A stretch of DNA of 64,000 nucleotides. Origin: Candidatus Dadabacteria bacterium. GTDB taxonomy: Bacteria > Desulfobacterota_D > UBA1144 > Nemesobacterales > Nemesobacteraceae. How positions within the stretch are numbered: the stretch's first letter is position 1; each line of letters begins with the position of its first letter. The position numbers and the translations under genes are program-made. The notes beneath the pieces are model-generated. The model was given only the letters and a program-made list of their open reading frames with translations, had not been told where the DNA came from and did not search any database. The stretch is from assembly GCA_009837205.1 (NCBI GenBank), contig VXTZ01000026.1:7200-71199 (forward strand), in the 5' to 3' direction. This document shows, one piece after another, positions 35,843 through 43,093 of the stretch.

Positions 35843-36310
35843 CTAGGAAAGCGCTTTTACGAGGTTAACCATCTCAAGCGCGCTGAGAGCGGCCTCGCTT
35901 CCCCTGTTTCCCGCCTTGACCCCTGCCCTTTCAATGGCCTGCTCGGTGGTCTCAGTGGTTATTATGCCGCAGCAGACGGGCACTCCGGTCTCAAGAGCCA
36001 CCGCTGCGAGGTCCTTTGTCACCTGCGAAGCGAGAAAATCAAAATGGGAAGTCTGCCCCCTTATTATGGCTCCAATCGCCACAACAGCATCGTATTTTCC
36101 TGACAGCGCCGCCTTTTTCACCGCCAAAGGCACCTCGAAAGAGCCGGGCACCTTTATCACGTCTATTGACCTCTGGCCCGCACCGTGGCGAACAAGGGTA
36201 TCGATCGCTCCCTCCGTCATGGGGTTCGTGACAAAGCTGTTTACCCTGCTTGACACTATGGCGAAGCGGAATTTCCCGGCGCTCAGTTTTCCTTCTATCG
36301 TTTCAGGCAT
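35843..36310 (-). CDS. ribH: 6,7-dimethyl-8-ribityllumazine synthase
   Basis: FAIVSSRVN...VPGSFEVP...GAIIRGQTSHFDF motifs. Confidence 0.9.
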   Translation of the reverse strand: MPETIEGKLSAGKFRFAIVSSRVNSFVTNPMTEGAIDTLVRHGAGQRSIDVIKVPGSFEVPLAVKKAALSGKYDAVVAIGAIIRGQTSHFDFLASQVTKDLAAVALETGVPVCCGIITTETTEQAIERAGVKAGNRGSEAALSALEMVNLVKALS

Positions 36311-36321
36311 CTACTCCCCTC

Positions 36322-37521
36322 TTACTTTGATATTGAGACAATATTACTGTAATCAGCACTTTTTCCCATTGCAATTTCCTTTTCCGTGTAATCCGAAATA
36401 TCTATGGGAACGCTCCCGACCATCCTGAGCCCGAATCCCTCAAGCCCCTTTACCTTTATCGGATTGTTAGTGAGAAGCCTTATGTCGCGCACTCCAAGAT
36501 CCCTGAGTATCTGGGCCCCCACTCCGTAATGCCTGAGTTCAGCCTTGAGTTCTTGTCTCTCCGAAACAAGGGCGGGTATCTCCTTTATTTTTCCGTTTGA
36601 ATAGCGCTTTATCTTTTTCGCAAATCCCCCGTTGCTTGACTCCTGGTTTATGTAGACGAGAACCCCGGAGCCGTTTGCCTCTATCATCTTTAGGGACTGG
36701 GTAAGCTTTGCCCTGCTGTGGCAGTAAAGCGAACCGAAAATATCGCTTATGGCGCAGTCGGAGTGCACCCTAACGAGCGTGTCCTCCTCGGAGCTTGGTT
36801 CCCCCTTCACAAAGGCCATGTGCTGAAGACCGTCTATTTCATTTTCAAAAGCGATGGCACGAAAAACCCCGTACTCGGTAGGCACCTCCGCCTCTGCCAC
36901 CCTGCGCACGAAGCTCTCCTTGCCTATTCTGTACCTTATCAGATCCGCTATAGTGGCGATCTTTATGCAGTGCTTTTTCGAGAAAGCCATCAGATCCTCA
37001 AGACGCGCCATGTCGCCGTTTTCCTTCATTATCTCACAGATAACCGACGCCGGATGGAAACCCGCCAGCCTTGATATGTCGACTGAGCCTTCTGTGTGGC
37101 CGGCGCGGACAAGCACCCCGCCCTTTTTCGCTATGAGTGGAAAAATATGCCCGGGACGCACGAAATCCTCAGGTCTTGAGCCTTCGGATATGGCCTGTCT
37201 TATCGTTGAGGCCCTGTCATGGGTCGATATGCCGGTCGTAACCCCCTTTTTCGCGTCTATGGGGACGGTGAAAGCCGTGTGTTCGGGAGCTTCGTTGTAC
37301 TCGGGCTTTATGGGCTGAAGAGCCAGACGGTCCGCGTCTTCCTGAGTAAGGGAGAGACAGATAAGACCACGGCCGTGAGTAGCCATGAAATTGATCATTT
37401 CCGCGGTAGCATTTTCGGCGGGTATGACGAAATCTCCCTCGTTCTCCCTGTCTTCGTCATCGACCAGTATTACGAGTTTGCCCTGTTTTACGTCATCAAT
37501 AATTTCTTCGATGGAGTTCAT
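36322..37521 (-). CDS. ribBA: bifunctional 3,4-dihydroxy-2-butanone-4-phosphate synthase / GTP cyclohydrolase II
   Basis: DDEDRENEGD (DHBP synthase) in the N-terminal half and a GTP cyclohydrolase II-like C-terminal half, ~400 aa. Confidence 0.9.
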   Translation of the reverse strand: MNSIEEIIDDVKQGKLVILVDDEDRENEGDFVIPAENATAEMINFMATHGRGLICLSLTQEDADRLALQPIKPEYNEAPEHTAFTVPIDAKKGVTTGISTHDRASTIRQAISEGSRPEDFVRPGHIFPLIAKKGGVLVRAGHTEGSVDISRLAGFHPASVICEIMKENGDMARLEDLMAFSKKHCIKIATIADLIRYRIGKESFVRRVAEAEVPTEYGVFRAIAFENEIDGLQHMAFVKGEPSSEEDTLVRVHSDCAISDIFGSLYCHSRAKLTQSLKMIEANGSGVLVYINQESSNGGFAKKIKRYSNGKIKEIPALVSERQELKAELRHYGVGAQILRDLGVRDIRLLTNNPIKVKGLEGFGLRMVGSVPIDISDYTEKEIAMGKSADYSNIVSISK

Positions 37522-37624
37522 TTTCTCACATACTCTTCCGTCGCGAAAAACGTCATAAACACAAACAATTTCTTTAAGCAGGATATAGAATAGACAGCGT
37601 CTCTGTCAACAAACACGCGGAGCT

Positions 37625-38668
37625 TTACGTGCGGAAAAGACCAACCTTCTCCTTTATCTCCTCCATGTTCTCTTCGGCTATCCGTTTCGCCTTGAGGGTT
37701 CCCTCGCGGAGTATGTCCCTTACCTCGTCCGTCCTTTTTTCATACTGCACTCTTTTTTCCCTAACGGGCTCAAGGAGAAGGTTTATGGCGCGGGCGAGTT
37801 TCTTCTTCACCTCTACATCCCCGACGTTTCCTGTCTTGTAGCGGTCCTTGAGGTCCTCTATCTCCTCGGTATCGTCGTTGAAAAGATCGTGGTAGATAAA
37901 AACCGGATTGCCTTCCACGGTGCCCGGTATGTCGGCCCTTATCCTCTTCGGGTCGGTATACATGCTCCTTACCTTGCGCTCAACTTCCTTTTTACTGTCG
38001 CTGAGGTATATGCAGTTGTTAAGGCTCTTGCTCATCTTCCTGTTCCCGTCGGTGCCTACGAGGCGAGACGCTTCGCTAATGAGCGGTTCAGGCTCTCCGA
38101 AGTAATCGCCGTAGAGAAAATTGAACCTCCTGGCAAGCTCCCTGGTGAGTTCCACGTGACTCAGTTGATCCTCGCCCACGGGGACCTTAGTCGCCCGGAA
38201 CATCAGTATGTCGGCCGCCATCAGCACGGGGTATCCGAGAAGCCCGGCAGAGTAGTTGTCCCCCACTCCCATATCCTGAATTTTCTCCTTAAGGGTGGGG
38301 ATTCTCTGGAGCCTCGGCACAGGGCAAAGCATCGAGAGTATGGTAAAGAGTTCGGTTATCTGAGGCACTTGGGACTGGACATAAAAAACCGAGCTCTCCG
38401 GGTCCATTCCCACCGAAAGCCAGTCGCATACCATCTCGATCGTGTTTTCCTCAACCTCAACAGCCCTGTCGTAATGCGTGGTCAGCATGTGGAGGTTGGC
38501 AACCAGAAAAAAACAGTCGTATTCGCTCTGAAACCTGATGCGGTTTTGAAGCGAACCCACAAGGTGTCCCAGATGAAGTTTTCCCGTCGGTCTGTCTCCG
38601 GTAACCAGAATGGGTCTTGAGCTCACTTTAACCTCCGAAAATCGATGCGTGGCGGTAATGTTACTCAA
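37625..38668 (-). CDS. trpS: tryptophan--tRNA ligase
   Basis: Class I HIGH-type motif (TGKLHLGH) and KMSKS, ~345 aa. Confidence 0.9.
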   Translation of the reverse strand: MSNITATHRFSEVKVSSRPILVTGDRPTGKLHLGHLVGSLQNRIRFQSEYDCFFLVANLHMLTTHYDRAVEVEENTIEMVCDWLSVGMDPESSVFYVQSQVPQITELFTILSMLCPVPRLQRIPTLKEKIQDMGVGDNYSAGLLGYPVLMAADILMFRATKVPVGEDQLSHVELTRELARRFNFLYGDYFGEPEPLISEASRLVGTDGNRKMSKSLNNCIYLSDSKKEVERKVRSMYTDPKRIRADIPGTVEGNPVFIYHDLFNDDTEEIEDLKDRYKTGNVGDVEVKKKLARAINLLLEPVREKRVQYEKRTDEVRDILREGTLKAKRIAEENMEEIKEKVGLFRT

Positions 38669-38823
38669 ACAGCGAAGATACTCAACACGAGGTATGGGAT
38701 TAAGGGCCGTCGGCCCAGGCTCTTGTTAGATTCCTGCAGGAAATAAAATCCCACCACGCCGAAACCGAAGACCTCACCGGCCTCGATCACATCATTGACA
38801 CGGTACTTTCTTGTGTGGTAGGG

Positions 38824-38846
38824 TAAATGATAATATTTCTCATTTA
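38824..38846 (+). promoter_or_regulatory. Fur-family (Zur-like) operator, copy 1: TAAATGATAATATTTCTCATTTA
   Basis: 7-9-7 palindrome (TAAATGA...TCATTTA) containing the Fur-type AATGATAAT core. It lies just downstream of TTGACA (38795..38800) and directly upstream of the small ORF. Confidence 0.55.
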
Positions 38847-38855
38847 CCCATGCAG

Positions 38856-39140
38856 ATGAGCAGAACATTTTCCTTATCGCTTACAATCGCCTTTCTGGGA
38901 GCGCAGATGCTCTCCTTTGCCCATGCGGCCGAGTACGGTTCCTGGGAACACGAGCATGAGGGAATTGCCTGCGAGATATGCCTGAGCGCCAAGTATCAGG
39001 ACTTCTCAAGTCCCGACGCCGCGAGCGGGCCCAGTGTTCTTCGCCACGCGGAATACGTCTCTCAGTCACCCGCTAGCGCTACCATCGTTCGGGACAATTA
39101 CGATGAGGGAATTACCCGCGGACCTCCCATCCCATCCTGA
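38856..39140 (+). CDS. 94-aa exported/anchored His-Cys protein (EHEHE...CEIC...RGPP), paralog 1
   Basis: N-terminal hydrophobic segment LSLTIAFLGAQMLSFAHA, then EHEHEGIACEICL and a C-terminal ITRGPPIPS. May belong to the DUF2946-like class (not verified). Start chosen by analogy with paralog 2. Confidence 0.5.
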   Translation: MSRTFSLSLTIAFLGAQMLSFAHAAEYGSWEHEHEGIACEICLSAKYQDFSSPDAASGPSVLRHAEYVSQSPASATIVRDNYDEGITRGPPIPS

Positions 39141-39163
39141 CTCTGTAAACAGACTTTTTATTC

Positions 39164-39181
39164 CCCGCGCATACGTGCGGG
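39164..39181 (+). terminator. conserved hairpin CCCGCGC-ATAC-GTGCGGG (possible attenuator/partial terminator), copy 1
   Basis: 7-bp stem (one G-U pair) followed within 6 nt by a T-rich run AATTTTCTTTT. Identical in copy 2. Confidence 0.3.
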
Positions 39182-39218
39182 CAGCGGAATTTTCTTTTCA
39201 AACTTTAAGGAGGAAAAA

Positions 39219-40751
39219 ATGAATATATTGCGTTTCGCGGTAATAACTGCGTTTTTTGCCGTCTTGCCGTTTTCTCATATCCCCGCCTTCGCCGCTTCTG
39301 ATCAGGAGATAGAAGCTTTGAAGAAGGAAATACAGGAAATGAGGTCAGAATATGAGAACCGGATTTTAAAGATGGAGGAAAAACTTGCCGAGATGAAGAC
39401 TGCGGCAACCGTGGATAAAACGAAAACGACTTACTCAAAGAGCAGGGACAGCGTCTACCCCGGCAGAGCCATTTACAACAGCACCCTTAATCCTTCAATC
39501 GGAGCGGTACTGGGCGGACGCTTCGCCGCATTCTCTTCTGACGAGGGCGAGATTCCAGGGTTTGTCCTAGGACACGAAGGAGAACGCGGAGCGGAAGGAA
39601 TTTCCCTCGGAGAAACCGAACTTAATCTTTCGACAAGTGTTGACGATAAATTCTACGGCCACATAACCACGGCCCTTGCAGACCATGGAGACGGGGTTGA
39701 GATAGAGCTTGAGGAGGCATACGTGGAAACCCTTCCAGGTCTCGGGCTTCCAACGGGAGCGACGATAAGGATGGGACGCGCGTTCTGGACTTTTGGATAC
39801 CTGAACGAGCATCACGCCCACGCTGACGATTTCGCCGATCGTTCCCTGCCTTACAGGGTGTACCTTGACAAGGGCTTTAATGATACCGGAGCGCAGATTT
39901 CATACGTGCTTCCAACAGATTTCTATGTTGAGGCGGGAGGCGGTATTTTCCGCGGAGACGATTTCCCGTTTGCGGGAGCTGAGGGTAGCGACATAAACTC
40001 ATTCAGTGCCTTCCTGCGGGTAGGCGGTGACATAGGAAATAATTCATCCTGGAGAATCGGGGGTTATTTCCTTGACGGAGAGGCAAGCGGTCGCGCCGGC
40101 GGACACGGACATGGACACGAAGACGAGCATGCCCATATGGATGACCACATGGATGATCACGATGACGACCACATGGATGATCACGATGATGACCACATGA
40201 ATGACCACGATGATGACCACATGGATGACCACGCGGGTGAACACATGGATGACCACGATGATGACCACGCGGATGAACATGGACATGAGGAGTTCTTCAG
40301 CGCCGGCATGTTTACGGGCGACACGAGGCTTTACTCGGTTGATTTTCGCTACGTTTGGGCCCCCACTGGAAACATCCGCCAAAAAGAGGTGCTTCTCCAG
40401 GGTGAGTATTTCTGGCGTGAAGAAGAAGGCATCTACACTCTTGAGGAAGGAGGCGAGGTCCACGAAGAGCACCTCGACGGAGGAAGCCACGGCTGGTATG
40501 CACAGGGGGTTTTCAAGTTCTCGCCGAAATGGAGAATCGGAACCCGCTATTCCCAGATCTACTCTCCTAAGGATTCAGGGATAGATCATGACCCCTACGC
40601 GGTAGCAGTCATGGGAGACTGGTCAAACAGTGAATTCTCGCGCATACGCCTTCAGTACAACTACGAGAAACTGGGTGAGGACCTGAGCGACAACCAGATC
40701 CTGCTCCAGTACATAATGAGCATAGGCGCACACGCCGCGCATAAATACTAA
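39219..40751 (+). CDS. porin-like outer-membrane protein with N-terminal coiled coil and internal His/Asp-rich repeat loop
   Basis: Signal peptide MNILRFAVITAFFAVLPFSHIPAFA and a heptad-like SDQEIEALKKEIQEMRSEYENRILKMEEKLAEMK. Beta-strand-like alternation runs through the rest. AAGGAGG RBS upstream. The coiled coil plus barrel layout resembles the phosphate-selective-porin (O/P) family. Confidence 0.55.
   Translation: MNILRFAVITAFFAVLPFSHIPAFAASDQEIEALKKEIQEMRSEYENRILKMEEKLAEMKTAATVDKTKTTYSKSRDSVYPGRAIYNSTLNPSIGAVLGGRFAAFSSDEGEIPGFVLGHEGERGAEGISLGETELNLSTSVDDKFYGHITTALADHGDGVEIELEEAYVETLPGLGLPTGATIRMGRAFWTFGYLNEHHAHADDFADRSLPYRVYLDKGFNDTGAQISYVLPTDFYVEAGGGIFRGDDFPFAGAEGSDINSFSAFLRVGGDIGNNSSWRIGGYFLDGEASGRAGGHGHGHEDEHAHMDDHMDDHDDDHMDDHDDDHMNDHDDDHMDDHAGEHMDDHDDDHADEHGHEEFFSAGMFTGDTRLYSVDFRYVWAPTGNIRQKEVLLQGEYFWREEEGIYTLEEGGEVHEEHLDGGSHGWYAQGVFKFSPKWRIGTRYSQIYSPKDSGIDHDPYAVAVMGDWSNSEFSRIRLQYNYEKLGEDLSDNQILLQYIMSIGAHAAHKY
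40098..40289 (+). repeat. in-frame tandem repeat encoding GGHGHGHEDEHAH(MDDHDDDH)n...ADEHGHEE
   Basis: Roughly 24-nt units (cacatggatgatcacgatgacgac and variants) are repeated about six times. They lie inside the porin-like CDS at about aa 294..357. Confidence 0.85.
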
Positions 40752-40928
40752 GAGCAACCGTAGCGTGAAACGCTACCTGGTTTTTCTCTCTACCCTCATG
40801 CCGGGGCTGCTTTTCGCGGCCCCGGCATATTTTTTGGCAGCTGGCCCAGGGAATCGGTGGAACTGACGGCCCGAAGTACATACACAAGTACATACATCAT
40901 TGACATCGCACTTTTTCGTGTGGTAGGC

Positions 40929-40951
40929 TAAATGATAATATTTCTCATTTA
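40929..40951 (+). promoter_or_regulatory. Fur-family (Zur-like) operator, copy 2: TAAATGATAATATTTCTCATTTA
   Basis: Identical 23-mer to copy 1. Confidence 0.55.
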
Positions 40952-40960
40952 CCCATACAG

Positions 40961-41245
40961 ATGAGCAGAACATTTTCCTTATCGCTTACAATCGCCTTTC
41001 TGGGAGCGCAGATGCTTTTCTTTGCCCATGCGGCCGAGTGCGGTTCCCGGGAACACGAGCATGAGAGAGTTTCCTGCGAAATCTGCCTGAACGCCAAGTA
41101 TCAGGACTTCTCAAGTCCCGGCGCCACGAGTGAAGTCCGTGTTCTTCACCGCGCACAGCACGTCCCGCAGCCGCTCGCTGACGTTATCTTCGTTCGGGAC
41201 ACTTGCGAAGCGGGAATTACCCGCGGACCTCCCATCTCCTCCTGA
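40961..41245 (+). CDS. 94-aa exported/anchored His-Cys protein (EHEHE...CEIC...RGPP), paralog 2
   Basis: MSRTFSLSLTIAFLGAQMLFFAHAAECGSREHEHERVSCEICL...ITRGPPISS. Same length as paralog 1. Confidence 0.5.
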   Translation: MSRTFSLSLTIAFLGAQMLFFAHAAECGSREHEHERVSCEICLNAKYQDFSSPGATSEVRVLHRAQHVPQPLADVIFVRDTCEAGITRGPPISS

Positions 41246-41267
41246 GCTGTAAACAGACTTTTTATTC

Positions 41268-41285
41268 CCCGCGCATACGTGCGGG
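41268..41285 (+). terminator. conserved hairpin CCCGCGC-ATAC-GTGCGGG, copy 2
   Basis: Identical to copy 1 and followed by the same T-rich run and AAGGAGG RBS. Confidence 0.3.
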
Positions 41286-41322
41286 CAGCGGAATTTTCTT
41301 TTCAAACTTTAAGGAGGAAAAA

Positions 41323-42234
41323 ATGAATATATTGCGTTTCGCGGTAATAACTGCGTTTTTTGCCGTCTTGCCGTTTTCTCATATCCCCGCTTTCGCCGCT
41401 TCTTATCAGAAGGTAAAAGTATTTGCCTGCGAACCGGAATGGGCGGCACTGGCCCAAGAAATCGGCGGTGACAAGGTGGAAGCGTTTTCAGCCACCTCGG
41501 CCACACAGAATCCACACTACATAAGGGCACGCCCAAGCCTGATATCCAAAGTGCGCAAAGCCGATCTGCTGATCTGCTCGGGCGCAAGTCTTGAGGTAGG
41601 CTGGCTTCCGGTTCTGCTCAAGAAGGCAAGTTCTGATCTCCAGCCCGGCTCCGCCGGTTACCTTATGGCTGCAAATCTGGTCACCATGCTCGAAGTACCG
41701 GTTGTGGTCGACCGCAGCATGGGAGATATACATCCGGAAGGCAATCCCCACTTGCACCTGAATCCGTACAACCTGATAATTGTAGGCGAAGTGCTTGCCG
41801 ATCGCCTTTCGGAAATCGACCCTGGGACCGCCTCTTTTTACAAAAACCGATTCCAGGATTTTTCATCACGCATGCAAAAGGCCATCTCCCGGTGGGAATC
41901 CGAGGCCGCCGAGCTTAAAGGGAAGCCGGTGGTGGTTCATCACAAATCGTTTAGTTATCTGATTGACTGGCTCGGAATGAAAGGAGTGGGGGCGCTTGAA
42001 CCGAAACCCGGAATTCCCCCCACAGCTTCTCACCTGAAGAATCTGCTGCAGCAGTTAAGAAACAGCCCGGCGGATGTGATTATCCGTACCCCTTACGATC
42101 CGGCTGGCGCGAGTGAATGGTTCTCGGAGAAAACCGGGACAAGGGCAGTCGTGCTTCCTTACACCATTGGCGGTGACAGCCAGAGCGGCGACCTGTTCGC
42201 GCTGTTTGACAGGATTATAGCTTTGTTAAAATAG
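41323..42234 (+). CDS. znuA: metal (Zn/Mn-type) ABC transporter substrate-binding protein, ZnuA/TroA family
   Basis: DIHPEGNPHLHLNP motif with cluster-9 SBP layout. The signal peptide is identical to that of the porin-like protein. No long His-rich loop. Confidence 0.75.
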   Translation: MNILRFAVITAFFAVLPFSHIPAFAASYQKVKVFACEPEWAALAQEIGGDKVEAFSATSATQNPHYIRARPSLISKVRKADLLICSGASLEVGWLPVLLKKASSDLQPGSAGYLMAANLVTMLEVPVVVDRSMGDIHPEGNPHLHLNPYNLIIVGEVLADRLSEIDPGTASFYKNRFQDFSSRMQKAISRWESEAAELKGKPVVVHHKSFSYLIDWLGMKGVGALEPKPGIPPTASHLKNLLQQLRNSPADVIIRTPYDPAGASEWFSEKTGTRAVVLPYTIGGDSQSGDLFALFDRIIALLK

Positions 42235-42241
42235 ACATATA

Positions 42242-43003
42242 ATGTTAAGCGGTGAACTTCTGGAAATCATCGGGCCGGCAGTGGCTGCGGGCCTCATGAT
42301 TGCGCTTACCCACGCTCCCTTGGGCATCGAGGTGCTGCGCCGCGGCATCATCTTCATTGATCTTGCGGTGGCGCAGATTGCGGGACTCGGGCTTGTGGTC
42401 GGCAACATGTTTATCCATGATCCTTCTCCGTTGCTGATCCAGTTCATGGCTCTTAGCTGCGCGGTCGCGGCAGGGCTGTTTTTCCGCAAGGTGGAAACGG
42501 CGATGCCCGAGCGACAGGAAGCGGTCATAGGGTGCACTTTCGTACTTGCCGCATCGCTGGCGCTTCTGCTGCTGGCCGACCACCCCCACGGCGGAGAAGA
42601 GGTAAAGCACCTGCTTTCGGGACAGATGCTGTTTGTGACATGGACAGACGTGGCGAAACACTCGCCCATTTACGCGTTGATACTGCTGGTCTGGTTCTTC
42701 AGGCCCGAGGTGCGGAACAACATTGGATTTTACCTGCTCTTCGCCCTTGCCATCACTTCGTCGGTTCAGCTGGTCGGCGTCTATGTAGTCTTTGCGAGCC
42801 TCATACTGCCGGCTCTGGCCGCCGTACGCGTAAGACAGCCTCATCTTGTCGCATGGCTCTGCGGGGTGGTGGCGCTTCTGTCAGGCATCGCCTTCGCCGT
42901 AGCGTTCGATATGCCCGCCGGACCGATTATTATCCTGTCATACACCGCGACGGCCCTGACTATACGAGGGGTCAGGATGGCAAACCGGGATCAGAGAACT
43001 TAA
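42242..43003 (+). CDS. znuB: metal ABC transporter permease (ABC-3 family, ZnuB-like)
   Basis: ~250-aa polytopic protein with ABC-3-like segments (GIIFIDLAVAQIAGLG, VYVVFASLILPA), located 7 nt after znuA. Confidence 0.75.
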   Translation: MLSGELLEIIGPAVAAGLMIALTHAPLGIEVLRRGIIFIDLAVAQIAGLGLVVGNMFIHDPSPLLIQFMALSCAVAAGLFFRKVETAMPERQEAVIGCTFVLAASLALLLLADHPHGGEEVKHLLSGQMLFVTWTDVAKHSPIYALILLVWFFRPEVRNNIGFYLLFALAITSSVQLVGVYVVFASLILPALAAVRVRQPHLVAWLCGVVALLSGIAFAVAFDMPAGPIIILSYTATALTIRGVRMANRDQRT

Positions 43004-43093
43004 CAAGAGTTTAATGCTCTATATCAGGAATGTTTAATGAAACAGTTATCGTTAAGTCATCCTTTCGATATGAAACATTAGGAGATCAGAGAG

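Larger units (their letters stand above)
38789..39306. repeat. direct repeat copy 1 (promoter + Fur-family box + small ORF + hairpin + RBS + signal-peptide codons)
   Basis: Aligned by eye to 40895..41410. The flanks are near-identical, while the middle of the 285-nt small ORF has diverged without any length change. Confidence 0.85.
40895..41410. repeat. direct repeat copy 2 (promoter + Fur-family box + small ORF + hairpin + RBS + signal-peptide codons)
   Basis: See copy 1. TTGACA lies at 40900..40905. Confidence 0.85.

Noticed and set aside
37522-37624. Looked for an FMN riboswitch upstream of ribBA
   Set aside because: Only ~100 nt are available. I could not find the conserved RFN core segments (GGG...CCC helices with the characteristic junction sequence), so I make no call.
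40044-40584. ORFs 40044..40490 (-) and 40201..40584 (+) over the His/Asp repeat
   Set aside because: These are alternative frames of the in-frame tandem repeat (VVIHV.../MTTMMTT... low complexity). The porin-like frame is continuous from signal peptide to C-terminus.
38665-40973. Pair of 'paralogous' 66-67-aa minus-strand ORFs (38665..38868 and 40773..40973, MFCSS.WVNEKYYH...)
   Set aside because: They look conserved only because both read antisense through the duplicated promoter/operator cassette. They diverge as soon as the repeat ends and would span the Fur-type box and the -35 element.
42226-43014. Several 150-200-aa ORFs on both strands inside znuB
   Set aside because: The GC-rich coding region produces long stop-free alternative frames. 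Only the + strand ABC-3 permease frame has family motifs and sensible hydrophobic helices.
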